From Actinomycetota bacterium (GTDB taxonomy: Bacteria; Actinomycetota; UBA4738; HRBIN12), in NCBI GenBank assembly GCA_036281075.1, contig DASUPO010000006.1, positions 9,350-73,349 on the forward strand: DNA of 64,000 nucleotides, in the 5' to 3' direction. The position numbers and the translations under genes were made by a program. The notes under the pieces are model-generated. The model was given only the letters and a program-made list of their open reading frames with translations. It did not search any database and was not told the origin of the DNA. This document shows, in pieces, positions 26,496 through 35,646 of the stretch. The stretch's first letter is position 1. Every line of letters begins with the position of its first letter.

Positions 26496-27335
26496 GTGGC
26501 GACGCAGGACGTGGAGGCGGCCGCACCGCCGGTGCGGATCGACACGGAAGGGGACGGACCCGCGCCGGAGCGTCCGCGCCGGCGACGGTACCTCCTCTGG
26601 CGGATCGCCGGCTACGTCCTGTTCATCGGCGCATGGGCGCTCGTCTCCTCGCTGACCGAGCCGTACATCCTGCCCTCACCGCTCGAGGTCCTCCGCGAGA
26701 TGGGGGAGGTGGTCCGCCGCGACGACTTCTGGATCAACGTCTCCGCGACCCTCCGCCACCTCGCGATCGGCTTCACGATCGCCTTCGTCCTCGGAACCAC
26801 GATCGGGATCGCGATGGGCCGGAGCGCCTACTGGGATGCGTTCTTCCGCGACTACGTGATGCTCACGCTCACGACCCCTGGCCTGGTGTTCGCGTTGATC
26901 TGCGTGATGATCTTCGGCCTGCTCGGCATCGGTCCCATCGTCGCGATCGTCCTGACGTCCTTCCCGCACATCACGGTGAACGTCGTCGAAGGCGTTCGCG
27001 CGATCCCGCGCGATCTGATGGATATGGCGTCGGCGTACGGTGTCGATCGCCGGACCCGGATCCGGCACATCGTGCTGCCCGCGATCGCGCCGTTCCTGTT
27101 CACGGCGATCCGCTACGGCTTCGCGATCGCGTGGAAGATCACCGCGCTCACCGAGCTGTTCGGCCAGACGGACGGGGTGGGGATCCAGATCCGGGTCGAG
27201 TTCCTGTTCTTCGACATCGCCGGCGTGCTGGCATGGGCGTTCTTCCTCGTGGGCTTCGCGCTCGTGATGGAACGGTTCGTCCTCCAGCGGCTCGAGCGCC
27301 GGTTCTTCCGCTGGCGACCGAAGGCGTTCGCCTGA
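26496..27335 (+). CDS. ABC transporter permease 1 (cassette C)
   Basis: 279-aa multi-TM protein with a GTG start behind AGGGGAG. Paralogue of 7355..8245. Confidence 0.85.
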   Translation: MATQDVEAAAPPVRIDTEGDGPAPERPRRRRYLLWRIAGYVLFIGAWALVSSLTEPYILPSPLEVLREMGEVVRRDDFWINVSATLRHLAIGFTIAFVLGTTIGIAMGRSAYWDAFFRDYVMLTLTTPGLVFALICVMIFGLLGIGPIVAIVLTSFPHITVNVVEGVRAIPRDLMDMASAYGVDRRTRIRHIVLPAIAPFLFTAIRYGFAIAWKITALTELFGQTDGVGIQIRVEFLFFDIAGVLAWAFFLVGFALVMERFVLQRLERRFFRWRPKAFA

Positions 27336-28183
27336 TGGACACCGCCGTCCGCTCCGGCAGGACCGCCCGCCCGAGGCGTTCGTGGTTCGAACGGACCTTC
27401 ATCACGCCGCGCGCCGCACGGATCACCGCACCGGTGCTGTTCCTCGCCGCCTGGCAGCTGATCGCGCCCATGATCCCGTCCGCGATCCTTCCGATGCCGG
27501 CGGAGGTCGCCGAGGCGATGTGGGAGCAGCTCCGGGACGGCACGCTCGTGGAGGCGTTCTCGGTGAGCCTCCTGCGCCTCGCGATCGGGTTCTCGATGGC
27601 GCTCGTCGTCGGCTCCGTCGTCGGGCTGGCGATGGGTCTCTCGCCGCGGATCGAGGCGATGCTCCACGACTTCGTCGTCGTGGGCCTCACGTTCCCCTAC
27701 CTGATCTGGGGACTCCTGGTCGCGATGTGGTTCGGCTACGGATGGATCGGTCCCGTGCTCGTGGTCTTCATCGCCGGGCTGCCGTACGTGATCCTGAACA
27801 TGTCCGAGGGTGTCCACGACGTGTCGAAGGAGCTGCGTGACATGGCGGCCGCCTACGAGGTGCCTCGCGACCGCGAGCTGCGGCACCTGGTGATCCCGTC
27901 GCTCAGTCCGTTCTTCTTCGCGTCCCTCCGGTACGGACTGGCCAACGGCTGGAAGGGACTGATCCTGGCCGAGGTGTTCGCCTCGACGTCCGGTGCCGGC
28001 TGGCACATCACGAGCATGCGCGACTACGGCGACTTCGCGGGCGTCGTCGGCTTCGCGATCTACTTCGCGCTGTTCTCGATCGTCGTCGAGCGACTGGTGT
28101 TCGGACGGCTCTCCCGCAGGGTGTTCCGGTGGCGTCCGTCGCTCGCGCGCGAGATGGCCGAACCGCCCGAGCTGACGATATGA
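27335..28183 (+). CDS. ABC transporter permease 2 (cassette C)
   Basis: ATG 27335 overlaps the upstream TGA (TGATG). Multi-TM BPD_transp_1 type. Confidence 0.85.
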   Translation: MDTAVRSGRTARPRRSWFERTFITPRAARITAPVLFLAAWQLIAPMIPSAILPMPAEVAEAMWEQLRDGTLVEAFSVSLLRLAIGFSMALVVGSVVGLAMGLSPRIEAMLHDFVVVGLTFPYLIWGLLVAMWFGYGWIGPVLVVFIAGLPYVILNMSEGVHDVSKELRDMAAAYEVPRDRELRHLVIPSLSPFFFASLRYGLANGWKGLILAEVFASTSGAGWHITSMRDYGDFAGVVGFAIYFALFSIVVERLVFGRLSRRVFRWRPSLAREMAEPPELTI

Positions 28184-28205
28184 GCGAACGCGAGGAGGCG
28201 AGGCA

Positions 28206-28946
28206 GTGGCGACCGTGACGGTGTCCGACCTCCGGAAGGTGTTCCCGGGCGAGGGGCGTGACGTGGTCGCGCTCGACGGCGTCTCGTTCGACGCGTCGGG
28301 TCACACGTTCGTGAGCGTCGTCGGCCCGTCCGGATGCGGGAAGTCGACGTTGTTGAACATCCTCGCGGGGGTCGAGCCGCCGAGCTCCGGTCGGGCCGAC
28401 ATCACCGAGAACGGCTCGAGGGCCAGGGTGGGGTACGTCTTCCAGGCTCCCCGCCTGCTGCCGTGGCGTTCCGTGATGGACAACATGCTGTTCGTGCAGC
28501 CGGAGCGCACCGACGAGCTCGAGGCTCGGGCGGCACGGTACCTCGACATGGTCGGGCTCGCCGAGTACCACGAGGCCTGGCCAGCGCAGCTCTCGGGCGG
28601 CATGCAGCAGCGCGTCGGGATCGCCCGGGCGTTCGCGATCGAGCCGGACGCACTCCTGATGGACGAGCCCTTCAGCCACCTGGACGCGATCACCGCGCGG
28701 GGGCTCCGGCGGGAGCTCCACTCGATGTGGACGGAGACGAAGAAGACGGTCCTGTTCGTCACCCACGACGTCGGTGAGGCCGTCGAGCTCTCCGACCGGA
28801 TCGTGATCCTGGCCAAGGGCGGGAAGCTGCGGAAGGACCTCGGCGTCGAGCTCCCGTTCCCGCGGGACCCGGCCGACGACCGGGTGGCGCTGATGAAGGC
28901 GGAGGTGCTCAGGGAGTTCGAGGAGCTCGACCTGATCGCGACGTGA
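28206..28946 (+). CDS. ABC transporter ATP-binding protein, NitT/TauT family (cassette C)
   Basis: GPSGCGKST, FQAPRLLPW, LSGGMQQR, LLMDEPFSHLD. Confidence 0.9.
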   Translation: MATVTVSDLRKVFPGEGRDVVALDGVSFDASGHTFVSVVGPSGCGKSTLLNILAGVEPPSSGRADITENGSRARVGYVFQAPRLLPWRSVMDNMLFVQPERTDELEARAARYLDMVGLAEYHEAWPAQLSGGMQQRVGIARAFAIEPDALLMDEPFSHLDAITARGLRRELHSMWTETKKTVLFVTHDVGEAVELSDRIVILAKGGKLRKDLGVELPFPRDPADDRVALMKAEVLREFEELDLIAT

Positions 28947-29021
28947 GCGGTCCCGCGGCCCGTTCGCGCCCGTGGCGAACCGAAGATGCGACGGAACCCG
29001 AACGACGAAGGAGGCACACGG

Positions 29022-29369
29022 ATGGGGAAGATCACGTTCGACCGCGACGCGGACAACTCGGTGACCCCGCAGTACTCGGAGGCGAAAGGTCCGGTCCTGC
29101 GGAGCGAGAAGATCGAGGTCACGAAGGCGATGTTCGACGTCGGCAAGGGCGCGAAGACACACGCCCACGCGGAGGAGCAGGTCTTCTACATCGTGAAGGG
29201 GCGCCTCCGCGTGACGTGCGACGGCGAGACCTACGAGGTCGGGCCCGGGGAGGGAAGCTTCCATCCGTCGAACGCCGAGCACACCGTCCAAGCGCTCGAG
29301 GACACCATCGCGATCAGCTTCAAGAACCTGGTGGACCCGATCTACGAGAAGACGGGCGAGCTGCGCTGA
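29022..29369 (+). CDS. Small cupin-domain protein
   Basis: Cupin_2 motifs (KTHAHAEEQVFYIVKG ... GPGEGSFHPSNAEH). ATG 29022 follows GAAGGAGG. Confidence 0.75.
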   Translation: MGKITFDRDADNSVTPQYSEAKGPVLRSEKIEVTKAMFDVGKGAKTHAHAEEQVFYIVKGRLRVTCDGETYEVGPGEGSFHPSNAEHTVQALEDTIAISFKNLVDPIYEKTGELR

Positions 29370-29412
29370 GCGGCCGACCCGTGCCACGTCGCACGAGAGG
29401 AGAGCGATCGAG

Positions 29413-29748
29413 ATGCCGTTCCTGGTCTTCGACGAGATCGACAAGGAGACCGTGACCCCGAAGTACTCCACCGCCTACGGCGAGCTCGTCACCGGCGAGC
29501 ACATCGAGGTGGGACGCCTGAGCTTCAAGGCCGGCGAGGGTGCGGTGGAGCACGCGCATCCGCACGAGCAGGTGATGTACATCATCAGCGGCAGGCTCTC
29601 CGTGGATCTCGACGGGGAGCACGCGGAGCTCGGCCCCGGCATGGGCTTCCATGCCAGGCCGAACCAGAAGCATCGTGTCCAGGCGGTCGAGGACACACAG
29701 GTGCTGAGCTCGAAGCACGTGATCGACGGGGTCGGCCACAAGATCTGA
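29413..29748 (+). CDS. Small cupin-domain protein (paralogue of 29022..29369)
   Basis: VEHAHPHEQVMYIISG ... GPGMGFHARPNQKH. Confidence 0.75.
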   Translation: MPFLVFDEIDKETVTPKYSTAYGELVTGEHIEVGRLSFKAGEGAVEHAHPHEQVMYIISGRLSVDLDGEHAELGPGMGFHARPNQKHRVQAVEDTQVLSSKHVIDGVGHKI

Positions 29749-29795
29749 GCGGGCGCCCCTCTTCGCCCGGACCCACCGGGACCGGCGCCCCCGAG

Positions 29796-31133
29796 GTGCG
29801 CCGGTCCCAGGGGTGGGTGACCGCCGAGCTCGTCGCAGCGGGGCTGTCGGGCACCGTCGTGAACGTCTCGGTGACCGTGGCGGTCGCCGCAATCGCCGCC
29901 TCGTTCGACGCGTCGATCGCGACGGCCGCGGCCACCGTGGTGATGCTGAACGTCGCGATGGCGTTCACGATGCCGCTCGCGGGCGTGTGGGCGGCGCGCC
30001 TGGGCCCGCGGCGGTTGATCGTCACGGCCGGTGTGCTCGTGTTCGCCTCGTCCGTGCTGCTCTCGCTCTCGCCCAACCTCGTCGTCCTCGCGATCGCCAG
30101 GGCCGCGCAGGGCGCCGCCCTCGCTGCGGTCGTCCCCGTGTCCGTCCAGGCCTCCGGGCAGCTCCTCGCCGGACCGGCGAGGAGCCGCGCGCTCGGATGG
30201 TGGGGTGCCTCCAACGGGCTCGGCCTCGCGTTCGCCCCGCTCGTCGGCGGGGCGATCGTGGACCTGGCGGGGTGGCGATGGGTCACGATCCCGTCCTGCC
30301 TCCTCGGGCTCGCGCTCGTGATCACGGCCGGGCGAGCGTTCCCCGCCGGCCTGCACACGGGCTCGACGATCCGGCTCCGCGGCCTCGGGATCGTGGCGCT
30401 GGTTTCGGGCGCGGGCATGTCCGCGCTGGCGGCGGCCTCGGCGCGGCAGTGGGCGCTGGCAGCGGCGCTCGCGGTGGCGTGCGCGATCGGCTCGATCGCC
30501 GCCGCGCGCGCGATGCGCGCGGGAGGTGATCTCGCCGAGCTGCGGGTCTGGTCCCGCGATCGCGAAGTCCGCCGGTCCTCCCTCGGCGCGACCCTCCAGA
30601 TGGTCGCGAACGGGCTCGTGCAGGTCGCGGTCCCCGCCTGGCTGATCGTGACGGGCGTCCTCGGAGCCGGCGGAGCGGCGATCGTGTTGATGGGCATGAC
30701 CCTCACGATGGCGGCGATGGGTCCGATCACGGGTCGCCGATCGATCGACTATCCCGATCGCCTCCGCCGCGGCCTCGCCGGATGCGCTGCCGGGCTCGTG
30801 GGCCTGGCGATCGCGGCGGCTGCCGGGCCGTGGTGGATCGCCGCGCCCGCGCTCGTCGTCCTCGGGCTCGGCGCCGGGTCCCTGCTGTCGCCGTCCCTCA
30901 CGGCGTTCAGCAACACCCTGGCCGGATCGAGCACGGTGGCCCTGTCGTTGTTCAACCTCGCTCGCCTCGGCTCGTTCGGCCTCGGGGGGCTGCTGGGAGG
31001 AGCCGCCGTGGATGCCGGCCGTCCCGGCGCCGCGTTCCTGGCCGTCGCGCTCGTGTGCGGTGCGGCGGCGGTCGGCGTCGCCGCGAGGCGCGTCGCGGAC
31101 CGAGGCGGGACCCAAAGGGGAACGAACCGATGA
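29796..31133 (+). CDS. MFS transporter
   Basis: 445 aa, about 12-14 hydrophobic helices, Ala/Gly/Leu-rich. The start is uncertain (GTG 29796 or GTG 29817). Confidence 0.7.
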   Translation: MRRSQGWVTAELVAAGLSGTVVNVSVTVAVAAIAASFDASIATAAATVVMLNVAMAFTMPLAGVWAARLGPRRLIVTAGVLVFASSVLLSLSPNLVVLAIARAAQGAALAAVVPVSVQASGQLLAGPARSRALGWWGASNGLGLAFAPLVGGAIVDLAGWRWVTIPSCLLGLALVITAGRAFPAGLHTGSTIRLRGLGIVALVSGAGMSALAAASARQWALAAALAVACAIGSIAAARAMRAGGDLAELRVWSRDREVRRSSLGATLQMVANGLVQVAVPAWLIVTGVLGAGGAAIVLMGMTLTMAAMGPITGRRSIDYPDRLRRGLAGCAAGLVGLAIAAAAGPWWIAAPALVVLGLGAGSLLSPSLTAFSNTLAGSSTVALSLFNLARLGSFGLGGLLGGAAVDAGRPGAAFLAVALVCGAAAVGVAARRVADRGGTQRGTNR

Positions 31134-31891
31134 ACGAGCTCGAGAGGGAGCGCCCAGGGGGCGCGGAAGGAGGAACGATGGGTGATGGGCTGCGGCTGGA
31201 CCGGGTCGGCCACACGCTGACGGCGATGATCGACACGGGCGAGGGGAACCTGTTCTCGAGGGAGATGATGGACGACCTCGTCGATTCGGTGCGAGAGGCG
31301 GGTCGCGACGACGCGATGCGCTTCGTCCATCTCCGAGCCGAGGGGGACGACTTCTGCCTGGGTCGGGAGAAGGGCGGCGCGACCCCGGACGAGCTCCGCG
31401 CGATGGCCGGCCGGATCGCCACCGTGAACGAGGCGCTGCGCACGACGCCGCTCACCGTGGTCGCCGAGGTGAACGGTCCCGCCGCCGGCTACGGCGTCGG
31501 CATGATCGGCGCGAGCGACATCGCCGTCGCGGCCGACACGGCGACGTTCGCGTTCCCGGAGATCAAGGCGGGGTTCGCGCCGGCCGTCGTAATCAGCTGG
31601 GCGCGGTTCCAGCTGCCGCCCCGGCTCCTCTACGACATGGTCTCGACGGGCGACGCGATCGACGCCGCCGCGGCGCTCGCGGCCGGGCTCGTGACCGAGG
31701 TCGTGCCGCGAACGGCGCTCCCGGCGCGGGTCGCCGAACGGCTCGAGCGGCTCTCGTCCGTCGACGCGTTCGCGCTCCGCGAGATGAAGCGGTTCCTCGT
31801 CTTCACCAGGGCGATGGACCCGCAGACGGCCGCGCACGCTTCGACGGACACGCTCGTGTTCAGCGGCCTCCGCGTGATCGGCCGCTTCTGA
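31130..31891 (+). CDS. Enoyl-CoA hydratase/isomerase (crotonase) family protein
   Basis: VVAEVNGPAAGYGVGMIGASDIAVAA...FAFPEIKAGF, an oxyanion-hole pattern. ATG 31130 overlaps the MFS stop (ATGA). ATG 31178 is an alternative start. Confidence 0.7.
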   Translation: MNELERERPGGAEGGTMGDGLRLDRVGHTLTAMIDTGEGNLFSREMMDDLVDSVREAGRDDAMRFVHLRAEGDDFCLGREKGGATPDELRAMAGRIATVNEALRTTPLTVVAEVNGPAAGYGVGMIGASDIAVAADTATFAFPEIKAGFAPAVVISWARFQLPPRLLYDMVSTGDAIDAAAALAAGLVTEVVPRTALPARVAERLERLSSVDAFALREMKRFLVFTRAMDPQTAAHASTDTLVFSGLRVIGRF

Positions 31892-31959
31892 CACCAGACC
31901 AGCCCACTGCCTTGACCGACCGGGCCGGAAGCGACATCGTCATGAGCGAAGAATCTGCA

Positions 31960-31972
31960 CATTATATATAGT
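31960..31972 (+). promoter_or_regulatory. CATTATATATAGT element in front of cassette D
   Basis: Identical to 25233-25245 and 82 nt upstream of ATG 32054. TTGACC at 31912-17 lies further upstream. Confidence 0.45.
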
Positions 31973-32053
31973 CATGAGAGGCCGCGCCCCGGCGGGCGTC
32001 GGCTCTGGGGTCGACGGTCCGGTTGATCCGGACGGGAGGAGGTCGCAGGTCCG

Positions 32054-33103
32054 ATGACGCGGCGCAGGACAGGTGTCTTCCGGTCGATCGCGCTCGTCAG
32101 CGTGCTCGCCCTCGTGGCGATGGCGTGCGGCGACGAGGGCGGCGATGGAGGAGGTGGCGGCGGCACCGGGGAAGACAACATCATCCGTTTCACCTTCGCG
32201 CCGGACCCCGTCTGGGACTACCTGAAGGACTCCGGGATCCGTGAGGAGATGGAGTCCGAATCCGGGATCCGGATCATCGAGCAGGCGAGCTGGGACGAGT
32301 TCGGCCTCTACGCGGGCGGGCACGCCGACGTCGTCTCGATCGCCTCGTTCGAGGTGCCGCTCCTCGAGGAGGAGACCGGGAACCCGGCCACGGTCTTCGG
32401 CAAGTACAACATCGACCGGAGCGTCCTGGTGGTGCCGGCCGACTCCGACGCACAGACGCTCGAGGACCTGCAGGGAGAGAAGATCGCCGTCTGGGACTCG
32501 GTGTCCTCGACCGTGATCTGGCAGGTGCTCGCGAACGAGCTCTACGGCCTCGACTTCCGCACGGGCGGCGGCGACTACGAGCTCGTCGTGACCGACCTGG
32601 GCAACACCGGCGCGCTCGCGGCGAACCACGAGGTCGCGGGGGCGCTCGTCCTGCCCGACTTCAACGTCCCGGTCCTACTGAACGAAGAGGTCCGCGTCCT
32701 CTACGACGGACGGACGGCGGCGGACCTGTACAAAGAGGTCGTCGGCGCGCCCGACCACGAGGGTCCGATGATCAACATCTTCATGGCGCCGACGGATTGG
32801 TACGAGGAGCATCCCGATGAAGTCGCGTTCTTCCTGGAGCTCTGGCAACGGGGCATCGAGGAGTGGCAGGCGAACCAGAACACGATCATCGAGAGCTACC
32901 CGCAGCACTTCGCCGTCGAAACCCCGGAGGAGATCACGTTCATCAAGGACTACCTCGGGGCCCACGACTGGTTCGTCGAATCCGTGTACCTCAACGACGA
33001 CTGGGTGTCGACGGAATCGGAGATCTTCCCGATGCTCGAGGAGGCCGGGGCATCGGATTCCGCCGAGGCTCCGGTCTTCGACGTCGTCGAGGGGCAGGCC
33101 TGA
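32054..33103 (+). CDS. ABC substrate-binding lipoprotein, NMT1/TauA-like (cassette D)
   Basis: MTRRRTGVFRSIALVSVLALVAMACGDE lipobox. Shared blocks IIRFTFAPDP and YAGGHADVVS. Confidence 0.85.
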   Translation: MTRRRTGVFRSIALVSVLALVAMACGDEGGDGGGGGGTGEDNIIRFTFAPDPVWDYLKDSGIREEMESESGIRIIEQASWDEFGLYAGGHADVVSIASFEVPLLEEETGNPATVFGKYNIDRSVLVVPADSDAQTLEDLQGEKIAVWDSVSSTVIWQVLANELYGLDFRTGGGDYELVVTDLGNTGALAANHEVAGALVLPDFNVPVLLNEEVRVLYDGRTAADLYKEVVGAPDHEGPMINIFMAPTDWYEEHPDEVAFFLELWQRGIEEWQANQNTIIESYPQHFAVETPEEITFIKDYLGAHDWFVESVYLNDDWVSTESEIFPMLEEAGASDSAEAPVFDVVEGQA

Positions 33104-33141
33104 CCGGACGCTGAGGACGACCCGACGAGACGGAGCGTGAC

Positions 33142-33966
33142 GTGAGCGGGATCCCGGCCGCGCCGGCGGTCCGGGCGGAGCAGCGCCTGTCGCTCACCAC
33201 GCGCCGGCGTGTCCGGGGTGTGGCCGGCTTCGTCGTCGGGGTCGGCGGCTTCCTCCTGATCTGGGCGGTCCTGTCGGCGTTCGTCTTCGGCGGGTTCACG
33301 CTCCCGCCGCCGGCGGAGGTCGGCCGGATCATGTGGGACATCCTCGTATCCGGCGAGTTCTTCCGGCAATTCGTCCCGACGATCCTTCGCCTCGCCTACG
33401 GCTTCGGCCTGGCACTGCTGATCGGGTTCCCGATCGGATACCTGATGGGCACCAGCCGATGGTGGCGTGCGTTCTTCCACGACATGGTGATGGTGGCGGG
33501 GAGCATCCCGGGCATCACCTACGCCGTGCTGGCGCTCGTGGTCCTGGGGATCTCGATCTGGGGGCCGGTCCTGTCGGTCGGCCTGGTCGCGATGCCGTAC
33601 GTGGCGATCAACGTCGCCGAGGGGCTCGACTCCGTGGATCGGAAGCTCGTCCAGATGAGCGACGCGTTCGGACGTGGCCGCGCGACGATCGTGCGGAACG
33701 TCCAGGTGCCCTCCGTCGCCCCGTTCGCGTTCGCAGGCGTGCGCCTCTCGTTCGCCCTCGCATGGAAGGTCGAGCAGCTCACCGAGGTCTTCGGCTCGTC
33801 CTCGGGGGTCGGCTTCCAGATCCGCCACGAGTTCGAGGACTTCTCGATCCCCGGGATGCTCGCGTGGGTGTTGCTCTTCATCGTCTTCATGATCCTCCTC
33901 GAGCGGTTCGTGCTGACGCGGCTCGAGCGCCACCTCTTCCGGTGGCGGTTGGAGGATCGGCCGTGA
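33142..33966 (+). CDS. ABC transporter permease 1 (cassette D)
   Basis: 274-aa multi-TM protein, paralogue of the other permease-1 genes. Confidence 0.85.
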   Translation: MSGIPAAPAVRAEQRLSLTTRRRVRGVAGFVVGVGGFLLIWAVLSAFVFGGFTLPPPAEVGRIMWDILVSGEFFRQFVPTILRLAYGFGLALLIGFPIGYLMGTSRWWRAFFHDMVMVAGSIPGITYAVLALVVLGISIWGPVLSVGLVAMPYVAINVAEGLDSVDRKLVQMSDAFGRGRATIVRNVQVPSVAPFAFAGVRLSFALAWKVEQLTEVFGSSSGVGFQIRHEFEDFSIPGMLAWVLLFIVFMILLERFVLTRLERHLFRWRLEDRP

Positions 33967-34853
33967 GCAGCGCGACGGTCGCAGCGCCGAGCCGGGCCCC
34001 CGGCCGGGCTCCGAACCGGATCGGACGGATGCTCCGCTCCGACGGATCCGCCCGCCTCGCGAGCTACGTGTTCCTCCTGGTGCTCTGGCAGCTGATCTCC
34101 CTGTACGAGGAGCGGTTCCCGCCGCCGGCGGAGGTCTTCGGATTCCTGTGGACCGAGGTCACAGGCGGCAGCCATGGCGGCATCGTGCGCGGGGAGTTCT
34201 GGGAGCACTTCGCAGCGACGCTTCCCCGGTTCGCGATCGGCATCGCGATCTCGATGCTCCTCGGCGTGCTGGCCGGCGTGCTGATCGGTGGATCCAAGGC
34301 CGCCGAGGCGCTCCTGAAGGACACGCTCCTGATGCTCGTGGCGCTCCCCGCGATCATCTGGGCGTTCCTCACCCAGATGTGGCTCGGGTTGGGCGACTAC
34401 GCCGTCGTGATCACGACGTTCCTGTCCGCGTTCCCGTTCGTCGCCGTCAACGTCGTCCAGGGGATCCAAGCGGTCCCGCGGGATCTCCGGCGGATGTCCG
34501 GGGCCTTCCACATCGCCGGCTACCGCCGGCTCCGGCACCTCCTGCTGCCGGCGGTCGCCGGCTACCTCTTCGCGGGTCTGCGGTTCGCGGTGATCATCGG
34601 GTGGAACGCCGTGCTGCTCGGCGAGTGGTTCTCGTCGAGCGAAGGGGTCGGGTGGCGGAGCCGGTACTGGTACGACGCGAACCGTTACCAGGGGTTCGTG
34701 GCGTGGGTGATCGCCTTCATCGCGTTCATCGTGCTGTTGGATCGCCTCGTCCTCGTCCGGCTGCAGCGCCGAGCGTTCCGCTGGCGGGACGCCCAGCTGA
34801 GCGACATGGAGCGCCGAGCGGAGGAGATCGACGTGGCCGTGGCCGGGGCTTGA
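33963..34853 (+). CDS. ABC transporter permease 2 (cassette D)
   Basis: GTG 33963 overlaps the upstream stop (GTGA). Multi-TM protein. Confidence 0.85.
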   Translation: MSSATVAAPSRAPGRAPNRIGRMLRSDGSARLASYVFLLVLWQLISLYEERFPPPAEVFGFLWTEVTGGSHGGIVRGEFWEHFAATLPRFAIGIAISMLLGVLAGVLIGGSKAAEALLKDTLLMLVALPAIIWAFLTQMWLGLGDYAVVITTFLSAFPFVAVNVVQGIQAVPRDLRRMSGAFHIAGYRRLRHLLLPAVAGYLFAGLRFAVIIGWNAVLLGEWFSSSEGVGWRSRYWYDANRYQGFVAWVIAFIAFIVLLDRLVLVRLQRRAFRWRDAQLSDMERRAEEIDVAVAGA

Positions 34854-34875
34854 GAGGATCGAGGGGAGGGAACGC

Positions 34876-35646
34876 ATGGCGACGCTGCAGGTGGAGCACC
34901 TGAACAAGACGTTCCCGGCCATCGAGCGCGGGAGCGGTCCCACGACGGCGATCGACGATCTGACCTTCGAGATCGGCGGCAACGTGTTCGTTTCGGTCGT
35001 CGGCCCGTCCGGCTGCGGCAAGAGCACGCTGCTGAACATCGTGTCCGGGATCGAGACGGCGACCCGCGGCTCCGTCACGGTGTCGCAGGACGGCCGTCCG
35101 GCACGGCTCGGCTACGTCTTCCAGGAGCCCAGGCTCCTCCCCTGGCGCACCGTCGACCAGAACATGCGCTACGTCCTGGACGGGGAGGACGCGAGGGGTC
35201 GCGCCGAGGAGTACCTCCGGATGGTGGGGCTGCGTGATTCGGGGGACAAGTTCCCCGGGCAGCTCTCCGGTGGGATGCAGCAGCGCGTGGGGATCGCCCG
35301 TGCGTTCGCGGTGGAACCCGACCTGTTGCTGATGGACGAACCGTTCAGCCACCTGGATGCGATCACCGCGCGGAGTCTCCGCGAGCAGCTCCAGGAGATC
35401 TGGACGAAGGCGAAGAAGACGGTCCTGTTCGTGACCCACGACATCGCGGAGGCGGTGCAGCTATCCAACCGCGTCCTGATCCTCGCCCCGGGCGGCCGGC
35501 TCTACGCCGACGTCCCGATCGAGCTTCCGTACCCACGACGGGCCTCCGACCGGGCGGTCGCCATGGCGCAGGCCGAGCTCCTCGGCCGGTTCGAGACGAT
35601 GCAGGAGGAGGCCGACGCCGCCGACGTGGCGGACGTCGCGAGCTGA
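34876..35646 (+). CDS. ABC transporter ATP-binding protein, NitT/TauT family (cassette D)
   Basis: GPSGCGKST, FQEPRLLPW, LSGGMQQR, LLLMDEPFSHLD. Confidence 0.9.
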   Translation: MATLQVEHLNKTFPAIERGSGPTTAIDDLTFEIGGNVFVSVVGPSGCGKSTLLNIVSGIETATRGSVTVSQDGRPARLGYVFQEPRLLPWRTVDQNMRYVLDGEDARGRAEEYLRMVGLRDSGDKFPGQLSGGMQQRVGIARAFAVEPDLLLMDEPFSHLDAITARSLREQLQEIWTKAKKTVLFVTHDIAEAVQLSNRVLILAPGGRLYADVPIELPYPRRASDRAVAMAQAELLGRFETMQEEADAADVADVAS

